In this document: one piece after another, positions 7,732-17,000 of the stretch
Layout: each line of letters opens with the position of its first letter
Position numbering within the stretch: the stretch's first letter is position 1
Virus record (IMG/VR): IMGVR_UViG_3300045988_009985
From: a virus
Strand: one strand, 5' to 3'
DNA length: 43,260 bases
Position numbers and translations under genes: made by a program
The notes under the pieces: model-generated
Databases searched by the model: none
What the model was told of the DNA's origin: nothing
The model's input: the letters and a program-made list of their open reading frames with translations, nothing else

Positions 7732-7772
7732 ATTTCCTCCAAAACACGTTTGTAAGTAACGTGTAAGCAACG

Positions 7773-8168
7773 TTACCCGTTCTCGACAACGTGCATTGCC
7801 TGCCGCAGCGCTTCCTTTACGTTGGGATCGTCGGTGTCCTGCATCATGCGCTCGATCAGATCCTTTGCCTTGCCCTCATCACGGCTGTACCGGCCCATAG
7901 AATCCCTCTTGCGCCGATACGAGCTGCCTCTGTTGTAGGCGGTGCGCCCGGAAGACCAGTCGCGGGAATAGCCGTCATCGCGGGAATACCCATCGTCGCG
8001 GCTGTAGTCGCCGCTTTCAAACATGGCGATTTTGTCAATGTTCTTGATGGACGATGCCAGCTTGTGGATGGCGTCCAGGTCAGCAGCGCTCAGCTCCCGC
8101 TGGCCGGAAAACTCAGACAGCTCTTCACATAGCATCTCTCGGATACCGAAAAGCTCCTTCATGTTCAT
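7773..8168 (-). CDS. Hypothetical protein with YSRD repeats
   Basis: The centre reads DYSRDDGYSRDDGYSRDWSSGR...RDSMGRYSRDEG, with helical N- and C-termini. This is the last gene before attP. Confidence 0.55.
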   Translation of the reverse strand: MNMKELFGIREMLCEELSEFSGQRELSAADLDAIHKLASSIKNIDKIAMFESGDYSRDDGYSRDDGYSRDWSSGRTAYNRGSSYRRKRDSMGRYSRDEGKAKDLIERMMQDTDDPNVKEALRQAMHVVENG

Positions 8169-8181
8169 GTTGCCCCTCCTT

Positions 8182-8622
8182 TCAGCAGACGCGCTCCACG
8201 ATCATGTTGCTATTGGCAAAGCTGATCGCCTGAGCGCTGGTGTTCTCCATCGCCACCGTTACGTAGCAGCCCTTCGGCACGTCCACGTTGGCAGCGACAT
8301 AGATGTTGAAATAGTTCTCCACGGCGGCGGGCGTTACTGTCGCCACGGCGCTGGTCAGCGGCTCACCGTTAATAGCCAGCGCGGCGGAGATCGCGCCCAC
8401 CGTGCCGCCGGTGGGGATGGCAATGTTTCCGCCGAAGGACACGCGAAACCGTGCCTTACACTGGTTTGTCAGGCCGCGCAGGAACACCTGCCCGCTGCCC
8501 TCGCGGTGTACGATGCAGGACTTGCCCGCAACGGCAGTTTCCGTCAGAGGCACATTCTGTCCGGCAGGTACGGTAACAATGTTGGTATTTACGTATTCAG
8601 CCAAAATACTCACTCCTTTCAA
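8182..8622 (-). CDS. BclA C-terminal-domain-like (C1q/TNF-like jelly-roll) protein. The start is uncertain: TTG at 8622 or TTG at 8604.
   Basis: It has a beta-rich pattern (FRVSFGGNIAIPTGGTVGAISAALAINGEPL...) and ends SNMIVERVC, like BclA-CTD terminal strands. AAAGGAG at 8613-8619 favours the 8604 start. Confidence 0.45.
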   Translation of the reverse strand: MKGVSILAEYVNTNIVTVPAGQNVPLTETAVAGKSCIVHREGSGQVFLRGLTNQCKARFRVSFGGNIAIPTGGTVGAISAALAINGEPLTSAVATVTPAAVENYFNIYVAANVDVPKGCYVTVAMENTSAQAISFANSNMIVERVC

Positions 8623-8714
8623 AATGCAGACGGCGGAGCTATTGCCCCGCCGCCTTTCAATATCAGCCCGGAGCTGAACAATTTCCGTTTTGGAAATAGA
8701 TTCCTATGCAGTTG

Positions 8715-9419
8715 TCAGCAGCCGGAGCAGCCGGAGCAGCCGGTGTAGCTGCCAGCCCACGGGTTGCAGGATGCATACGCCGGGATGGGCGTCGGCCGCA
8801 GCTGGGAGATCAGGTAGTTGTTCTGCGCAGCCTGAGACGCGGCCAGACGCAGCTCCTGATTTGCGCTCTCCAGATCGCGCATCTTGGAGTTGGTCAGGAA
8901 GTCCAGGATGGCGCGGCTGTTGGCGTTCTGGTTCTCCACGATGTCGCGGGTGGCGTTCTGCACGGTGTTCCGCGTGTCACACGCCTGCGTAGCCATGTCA
9001 TATCGCACCTGCGCAACAGCGGCTCTGTTCTCGCAGCAGCAGTTTGCCGCCTGCATCTGCATAGCGCTGAGCTGCTGCATCAGTGCGGCCTGCTGGTTGG
9101 CGCGGGACAGCTCGGCATTGCCGAAGCCGGTCAACAGCGTGTTGTTCACGGCATAGAAGCCGTCGCACAACCCGTTATTGATGATATCCATCTTGCGCTC
9201 GATGTTGGAGAAGTCGGAGGCCAGCACATAGCCGTCCACCACGCCGCCGGAATTGCCAGCGTTGTTGCCCCAGCCGTTGCCGCCCCAGCCGCAGAACGCG
9301 AACAGGAACAGGATGATGAGGAACCACGCGCCGTCACCGCCAAAACCAAAGCCGTTACCGTTGCCATTGGCAGGGGCCACAGGCATGGTCATGGTGGGCA
9401 TACCCTCGGAAATAGACAT
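8715..9419 (-). CDS. Membrane protein with a Gly-rich N-terminus, an N/Q-rich coiled coil and Cys clusters
   Basis: The N-terminus reads GNGNGFGFGGDGAWFLIILFLFAFCGWGGNGWG. There is an internal CCCENR and a C-terminal GCSGCSGC. Confidence 0.6.
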   Translation of the reverse strand: MSISEGMPTMTMPVAPANGNGNGFGFGGDGAWFLIILFLFAFCGWGGNGWGNNAGNSGGVVDGYVLASDFSNIERKMDIINNGLCDGFYAVNNTLLTGFGNAELSRANQQAALMQQLSAMQMQAANCCCENRAAVAQVRYDMATQACDTRNTVQNATRDIVENQNANSRAILDFLTNSKMRDLESANQELRLAASQAAQNNYLISQLRPTPIPAYASCNPWAGSYTGCSGCSGC

Positions 9420-9480
9420 AGTATCACTCCTTTTTATTGATGTAATTTATCTGAATCGCGGCCACGATCAAGAAACAAGT

Positions 9481-9516
9481 TACGTTTTGTCTTACGTTTC
9501 GTCTTATGTTTTGCTT
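9481..9516. repeat. Three tandem 12-mers in the 9420-9514 intergenic region
   Basis: The units are tacgttttgtct, tacgtttcgtct and tatgttttgctt, immediately upstream (minus sense) of CDS 8715..9419. Confidence 0.8.
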
Positions 9517-9715
9517 ATTCCATAAGACTTTGAAATTGTTTCGCCATCTGCTGGAGCTGGTTCAACTGCTGCTGCGTAAGCTTGCCGCTCTGCAAAAGCT
9601 TTTCGACCTCCGCTTTAGGGTCTCCCTGGAAATTTGCCTTGAACTGCTTGAACTGCTGCACCATCTGCATAAAGCCGTTGTTGCCGCCCATTGCACCGAA
9701 AAACGGATTATTCAT
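9515..9715 (-). CDS. Small Q-rich hypothetical protein (66 aa)
   Basis: The ORF overlaps the upstream stop. Its composition is Q/K/F-rich and helical. Confidence 0.5.
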   Translation of the reverse strand: MNNPFFGAMGGNNGFMQMVQQFKQFKANFQGDPKAEVEKLLQSGKLTQQQLNQLQQMAKQFQSLME

Positions 9716-10133
9716 CGCTCTTTTCCTCCTTGCGCTTCTTGCCCTTCATTTCGCTCACAAGCGCCGCCAGCGCGTCAAACTCCTTACGGGTGACAAACTT
9801 ATCATCCATTTTTTTAGTATCATGAGGTTTGTTTTCAGCTTCTTCCGTGTAATTAAACGTCCTCATTGGAATAGGCGTACCGCTTGCGTCTCGCTCCTTG
9901 ATGTAAAAAACCGTCGAGTTTGTTTCGAAGATAATTACTCGAGAATTTGGGGCGACCATAAACCCGTTTGCCTCTTCTTTGCCCCCGCTAATCCACACAA
10001 CGCTTGTCTGCATTTGTTGCGGTTGAGCCGTTTGCACAGGCATTTGTGGCTGCATCATTTGCTGCTGCCTCAGCTGGGCGAGGTTGTCCTGCATCGGCGA
10101 CATATAGGGGTTTCCGTAGTATGGATAGTTCAT
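9708..10133 (-). CDS. Hypothetical protein with a Q/M/P-rich N-terminus and a small beta domain
   Basis: It begins MNYPYYGNPYMSPMQ...QPQMPVQTAQPQQMQ and continues VVWISGGKEEANGFMVAPNSRVIIFETNSTVFYIKERDASG. Confidence 0.55.
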   Translation of the reverse strand: MNYPYYGNPYMSPMQDNLAQLRQQQMMQPQMPVQTAQPQQMQTSVVWISGGKEEANGFMVAPNSRVIIFETNSTVFYIKERDASGTPIPMRTFNYTEEAENKPHDTKKMDDKFVTRKEFDALAALVSEMKGKKRKEEKSDE

Positions 10134-10513
10134 GCTTCATCCGTCCTTTCCCAGTAATACAAGGGTGTTTCGGCTCCGGAATCCCATGTGTCGTGCCAGT
10201 CTCCGTCTATCACGCACACCACATGGGACACCAGCGCCAGCAGATATGTACCACGCGGGTGATCCATTGCAAAATCACTCACGGAATAGCTGTCCGAACA
10301 GTCATCCGGGATAATATGCCGTGTAAAGCCCAGCTTCTTGAGATACGCGCCCCACACGGTGTTGGCGCTGGGCATATCCGCAAGTGCCAGGCCCTGCATA
10401 CAAAGCTGCACATACGTCTCATGCCAGCCCTGCCCCGTGGCGCGGCAGATCGCGCGAACAGGACAGTCTCCCACGTTCTTGCCGGAGGGATTCGGGTTAT
10501 ACCATACGAACAT
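10130..10513 (-). CDS. Hypothetical protein, possibly a papain-fold Cys-His-Asp enzyme
   Basis: GAGGTGG lies 5 nt before the ATG at 10513. Motifs GDCPVRAI ... SHVVCVIDGDWHDTWD suggest a Cys/His/Asp triad, but this is unverified. Confidence 0.45.
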   Translation of the reverse strand: MFVWYNPNPSGKNVGDCPVRAICRATGQGWHETYVQLCMQGLALADMPSANTVWGAYLKKLGFTRHIIPDDCSDSYSVSDFAMDHPRGTYLLALVSHVVCVIDGDWHDTWDSGAETPLYYWERTDEA

Positions 10514-10690
10514 CACGACCACCTCTCTTTACCGCCAGCATACGGCAGATATCTCCGGAGAAAGCGTCAAGAAAAGGGCGAAAAAGTGCGTGTCGTTTTT
10601 TGTCGAACAATTTTTCTTGCGTTTCCCACTTGTGCGCATTACAATAAAAATACCCTGATTCCTTTCCTGCGTTCCATGTGCAGCAGGGAA

Positions 10691-10726
10691 GAAAAAAAGA
10701 CACACCTACACGGTGTGTCTTTTTTC
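10691..10726. terminator. Rho-independent bidirectional terminator ending the late operon
   Basis: agacacacc-tacac-ggtgtgtct is flanked by A7 and T6. It overlaps the last codons of CDS 10706..10960. Confidence 0.7.
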
Positions 10727-10960
10727 TGCTCTCAGGCCGTCGGCCATTTTTTTGTATGCGGTACGGCGGCGGCGCTTTACGCCGTCAACCGATACGTTCA
10801 TACGGAACGCCTGCTCCACGCAGCTTCGTCCCCGCACGTCGCATTCCGCGATACACTGTGCCTCCTCCTGCGGCAAGTCAAAAGATTGGATCCACGCGAT
10901 AGCTCTCTTGGGTGCCATGCTATGCAGCATAGCCCGTATTTCACGGTGCTCCTGGTTCAT
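10706..10960 (-). CDS. Small sigma-70 region-4-like HTH regulator
   Basis: LPQEEAQCIAECDVRGRSCVEQAFRMNVSVDGVKRRRRTAYKKM resembles the region-4 HTH of phage ArpU/RinA-type or ECF-like regulators. Confidence 0.5.
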   Translation of the reverse strand: MNQEHREIRAMLHSMAPKRAIAWIQSFDLPQEEAQCIAECDVRGRSCVEQAFRMNVSVDGVKRRRRTAYKKMADGLRAEKRHTV

Positions 10961-11047
10961 CCTGCTTTACGCAGGCTTGCGGATCGCCTTGCGGCGGGAT
11001 GGTGCCATAGGATGGTTGCCCTATCGCCCGTTGCTCCTTTCCTTGAT

Positions 11048-14000
11048 TTACGGTGCTCGCCACCGGTTTTTCAATTCCTTCACGGACTCAACGCCCTGCT
11101 CATTTTTCATGATGCCCTCCACGCCCTGTCGCACGTCTGACGCCTCATAGCCGTGCTCCAGCATCTCTTTATAGATCAGCCGCGCCGTCTCGGTGTCTTT
11201 GTCCTTCTGCGCCCGGTACAGCAGCTCGCACCACCGTTTTCGGTTTCCGGCGCTCCTGTCCATGCGATAGATCGCTTTTTCCATCTCAAACATTACCCGC
11301 ACATTCCCTGTGTCGTTTGCGATGCTGCGAGCAATAGACCACATGTCGCGCCCCATGTTCCCAACGCTGATTCCAAAAACCTTGCTGCACATGAGCATGA
11401 CCTGTTTCAGGTTGTAGGCCGTGGTGGTTTTTGAATCCCCGCCCAAGCCCTTGATAAAGGTTTTGGACGTTCTGATAATATCGTCTGCCGCCGCTGCATC
11501 CATACGGTCAACGGTGTAGCCCTGCAAGATAGACAAAATATCCTTCAGGTACGGAATACGGCCTACCGGATTTATGTTGCTGATAAGGTTTCCCCCCAGC
11601 ACAACATTTTTCACGGCTTCGCCCGCATTTTTTTCATCACCGGAATAGCCGGTAAATGCTTCCAGAATACGTTCCGCCCAGTTCTTATCCTTGTCATCGT
11701 CCCGCAGACCGTCCACAATGGACTGCGCCAGTGCGTTCACCACGTCCGTCACCAGCAATGCGCCTACAGACCGCTTCAGCTGCTTCAGCGCCTTGCTGCG
11801 CTTATGCGGATTCGTTTCATACACCCATGCGTCGTAGGCCCGCATCAGGACGTTCAGGCTTTTCAGCGGCTCACCCATGAAAGACGTGGCCTGCCGCGTC
11901 AATGCGTCGCTGTCCCGCATGATCTGCGTGCGCTGCATAACGCCGTCCACCACCTGCGTCTGGTCGATCACATCCGTGAACAGCTCCGCCACCTGCCGGT
12001 AATACGCATCGCTGCCTACTTCCGTGTTTGTGTTTGCTGCCACCTGCCATTCGCAGGCGTTCCAGATTTTGCCCCACGTCACCGCGTCGGCCTTTCCGGC
12101 CAGTGCCATGCTCTTGTCGTTCAGCCATTCCCGCACGTTCCCGTCTGAACCGTATACCTCACGCGAAATGGTGTACCGGCTGCCCTGGTCAAAGCCGGAC
12201 GTATCCTTGATCCCCGCAATAGCCGCCCACTTTCTGGCCTTGTCCCATCCGTTCCCAGCCGTCGCGCCTTTCGTAAGGCCCTTTGTCATGTTCTCCGGCT
12301 CCAGCACCACAGCCGCACGACAGTATGCCGTAGGCTGCTGGATGATCACACGCAGGTTCGCGCCAACCGCTGCGCCTTTCGTATTGCCCACGATGCGTTC
12401 CACGGTCCTTGTGGTAGAGCTGGCGCTTTTTACCATGCCGTTCTGCACATCCCGCATCAGGTTCCGCCAATAGCTCTGGGCCGCGTCGCCGTACACGCCG
12501 GACAGGACCTGCCGCACATTCTTCCCGGTCAGGTTGCCCATGCTGTCCCTGTACCGGTAGTTGTACAGACGGTTGATGTCCTCCATTGGAGCCAACAGTG
12601 TGGCATACTTGATCATATCGCTGGCGTTCTGCGCAAACACGTCATACGCGCCGCCGATGTCCAGCGCATTGCTGGCGTTGGGGGTCAGCGCCTTTGCACT
12701 GCCCATATTCTTGATCGACCGTGCGTTGTCCGCGTCCTTCTCCACGCTGGAGGCCACCGCATCCTTTGCAGCCTTGATGGGCCAGTAATTCTCCTCCTTG
12801 AACTTACGGTAGCCGTAGACCTGCATACTGGCCTCGTTGCCCCACTCCGCCAGTTTTGTGCTTGCCAGCTTTTGCAGACCGTTTGCCACTTTGATCTGCT
12901 CAGGCGTCAGCACGGAGGTGATGGCCTTGATGTCCTCCTCCGTCAGCAGAATGTTGTCGTTCCCGCGCGGGATCGCCTTCAACTTACCGTTCCGCTGGAT
13001 CTCCGGCTGCACAATGCCGCCCACCGTCAGATGGTGCATAGCCTGTTCCCCGCGCCGCGCCAGATTGTACAGGTTCATGATCTGGTCGGTGGTCAGCGTC
13101 AGCTCCACACCACGGCTGGTGGTGAAGGTGTGCCGTTCACCCCGGTTTTTATACACGTCCGCATCCAGAAACTTTTTCGCCGCGTTCCGCAACTCCATCA
13201 GCATCACGTGCTCTCGGTCCTGCGCGTTCCGCAGCGTTCGGTATACCTGCATGCCGCCGTCGCCGTAGGCAGAGAAGAACGTATACGGATCTGCCATGTC
13301 CAGCGAAATTTTCCGGTTTCGCCGCTTCCGGCTCATGCTGCCCATCATAAGGCTTTCCGCCCACTCGCTGGTCCGTGCGTACTTCTGATTGGCAAGCGTC
13401 CGGTCGTAGCTGGTCAGCGTGGTCTCGATAGCACGCACCGTGTTCCACACGGTCTCCAGCTCCGTCACATTCATGTCAGCAATGCGCTTGCCGCCCAGCG
13501 CGGACAGAGAATCCAGCAGACCGCCGCTTTCCGTCAGCGCCGGGTCTACCACCATATTCCCCTCGTTGTCCAGAATATCATCATAGATCTGCTTGAGCCG
13601 GTCTGCCTCCAGCGTCCTTCTGGTGGGGTCGCCGTCCGCGTTTTTCCGCAGCCGCCCATTTTCGTCGTAGCTGTTCGCGCTCTCCAGGTTGATATTCCGC
13701 AGCAGGGCCGCCACCACTACGCGCAGCTCCTCCGGAATGTGCTGCTTGTCCGTGGGATTCACCAGTTTGCGGGAGATTGCGCCGGTGTGCCGTGCGATCC
13801 GCGCCCGCATCGCCGTTGCTTTTCGTCTTTCGCTGCCCTTCTTAGTCTTCTCGTTGTACTTTTTCCGCAGCGCGTTTACGTCGTCCCGGCGCTTCTGCCG
13901 CTCGCGGGACAGCATCTCACGCACACGACCGACGGCCTCCTGCTTCTCCAGCGCACGCCTGTCTGCATACGTTTTCTTCTGCCGCACCTGATCGGAAATC

Positions 14001-17000
14001 ATGCCGTCGATCAGCTGATTGGCGATCTCCTGCACCGCCGCATCCCTGTATCCCTCAAAGGGATTGTGGTAAACGCTGTCAAGGCCATCCAGCACATCCC
14101 CGATTTGCAGCAGTTTGTCCGCCTCCGTATACACGTCGCTGGGGAAATAGCCCTCGCCGAACATCTCCGTCAGCTCGCCATACACGGTATCCACAGACGT
14201 GCCATTGGACTTGTTCAGTTTCAGCGTTCCCATGTGGCTCTTTCGAAAATCGCCGTAGTTTGCCATGTCCCCGCCGAACTGGATGGTCTGCCGCTTCAAA
14301 TAGTCCCGAATTTCCAGCAGCTCCGCGCCGTACTCCGTCAGCTCAGAGGTGTTGTCCACAATGGCCTCCGCCACGGCCTTGGCGTGTGGCATCAAATCCT
14401 CCATCGTCACGTCCCGCTTCATCACAGCCTTGGCAAGCGCGTCCATCTCGCTCTGCACGTCCGCGTATTTCACATCGCTGCCGTACTCGCGGATGAGATT
14501 CTGCCCCAGCTTTTTCACGTCCCGCAGCACCACGGACGGTTCCTTGCTGATGCGCATTTCGCCTTTCAGCTCTTGTACCCGCTGCTTCAGCGCCTCGTTC
14601 TGCTTGGCCAGCGCGTTTCGCTCCTTTTTGAGTTCCCGCGCCTCGCGCTCCACCTCCGCCGCGCTTCGCAGCTGATAGCGGATATTGTTACTTTCTTTAA
14701 ACCTCTTGACTTCTTTCTGAAACTGTGCTAAATTTTCCTTGAGGGATGCATCTGTTATGTCCCCCAGCCCTGCTGGCTGGGCTACCTCTGACAGGTTGCC
14801 TCTCTCTTTTTTGTTGTAATCAAGCACGCGTCCATCTTTAATGGCATTACGAATTAGTTTATCCCATCCAACACGCCCACCATTTTCAAAGAAATTACGT
14901 TCCGCAATAGTCAGGACAACGTGTGGTCGCATTTCTCTGTTTTCTGGAGAGATTGCTTTCCGCGAATAAAAACTTAGAACAGCGTACAGCGGCGCATCGT
15001 TGTTTCCATATTCCGGTAGCATCATAATAACCGCCGGGTTTCCATCCTTTGTTTTGGTAGATATAGTCATGATCGGCTCGTTGATGCTCATAATGGCTCG
15101 CGTCATTTTCTCCACACCCAGATCGTGGAAATGAACTTCCGCCCCTTTGTGCTGCGTTGGGCGTCCGTCCTGAATAGCTTGCGCCTTGCTGACCATGTTT
15201 TCGTAAGCATGGTCACGCTGAATGTAAATGTCTCCGTTGATCCCCAGCTTTTCACTGATATATCGGGGCATAATGCTGACAGGAATCAGCTGATTCTGCC
15301 GGGTAGCTTTTTCGTTTAACGCATCATACAGCGCTGTAGAAACCGCCTGTTCGCTGAAACTTTTCAAAGAAAACCGTTTATCGCCGTCGCCCTCACCGGC
15401 GGCGGTTTTTGCTTTCTCCGCCTGCCGCTCCGCCGCGTCAAAGGCCGCCTGCCACTGCTTTGCAATGTTTTCCAGCTCGACAAAGTCCTTGCCGTATGCC
15501 TCCTGCGCCGCCATGTCGCGGTATTTGCCGGTGAACGCGGTTTTGACCTTGGCAAGAAATTCTTTTAAGCTGTCCAGCAGTTTCTGTGCCGCCGTCCGGT
15601 TTTCCTTTGAGAACTTGGCAAACAGGGCTGCGTCGTCCAGCATATCACCGGCGAAGTCCGCCGCAAGTTCGTCCATCACATCGTCCCGCGTCAGCGTCAC
15701 GCCCTCCTGCTCCGCCGTCTCCATGTACCGCTCCACGATCTCCGCCTCTGTGTCCGCGCCGTTTTCGCGCATCTTGTACTCCACCGCAGCCTGCCGGAAC
15801 TTCCGGTATTCAGAGGGGGACAAGTCCTGCATTCGGTGGGTGATCTCATGTGCGGTCACGTTCAAAAGAGGCTTGCCGCTGTCAGCGGCGATTTGGATGA
15901 GATTCTGCTCTTTGATGTACTGGCCGTTGGCTCTGCCGCCCAGCACCTGATCCACGATCTTGATCCGGACGCCCAGCTTCTTGCCCCATGTGTTCAGCGT
16001 GGCGGCGGTGTCCTTCTTTGCTGCGATCAGATACCGACTGTACTCGTTGTCCGCCAGACCGGCACCCGCCGTGGTTGTCACAGATGCCACCTCCGCGTTC
16101 TCCCGTGCCACTTGCGCCCGTGCGTCCTCCAGCCCAGCATTGTACGCCGCGTACCGCTGCTCCGGCGTCAGCATCGCCGCGTACTTGCCCTTGGCCTTGT
16201 CCGCTTCGATGCCGTTCAGTCCCGCGTTGTACACGCTGGAAAATCCTGCATACAGGGAAGGTGCGTCCTCTGCCGTCCGGCTCATTTCCTGATACGCCTT
16301 TTGCCCGTTTTCCAAAAAGCCGCCTACGCGCTTCTCTGCGCGTTTCTGCACAGCAGGGGAGGGAGGTGTAGCCCTCTGCGTTTCCTGCGTCACCTCGCGG
16401 CTTGCAAGCCCCGCAATGTCACGTTTTACCTGACTGATCGGCTTGTCCGTGTCCAGCTTCACGCCGGTGCGCTGCTCCAGCACCTCCACCGCCACCGGGT
16501 CACGGGCGATAGCCGCCGCCTGATTGCCGGTGATGGTCTCGCCCCGCGTCACAGCCTCCACCGCCTCCGCAGACTTTGCGTTCATCTCCGGCGCGGTGTT
16601 CTGCTGCACATCTCGGTTGTACTGCGCTTTTGCTGCGCCATACGCGACACGGTTGGCAAGGGCATTCACGCCCATTGTGCCGCCGGACAGCAATCCGCCG
16701 ACGATAGCGCCTCCAGCAAACTCTTCGGCAGCGGTGCCTGGATCAAAAATCGCGTTTTCGTTTACGCCAAAATACGGATTATCGGCATCATATACCGCAT
16801 TTTGCAGTGTTCGGTCGATGATGCCCTGCAGAACCTCCTCCTTGCCCTCGTCAAGCATGGTGTTCACCAGCGTCCGCCACGCCGCCTGGTTCGCCACCTT
16901 TCCGGGCAGGTTTTGGATACCGCCGCTGATCTCGATCTCCGACCCCAGAAGCGCGTTCCCGATGGCGTACAGCGCGGCCCGCTTGTCATCCACGCCCTCC

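Noticed and set aside
7568-7759. 63-aa plus-strand ORF downstream of the integrase
   Set aside because: It runs through the tRNA 3' fragment and the terminator hairpin and has no RBS. The region is better explained as attP.
13628-13642. NADGD in the giant protein considered as the NADFDGD-type catalytic loop of a virion RNA polymerase (N4/crAss-like)
   Set aside because: Only two Asp residues are present, with no surrounding double-psi-barrel or T7-like polymerase motifs. It is most likely a chance match.
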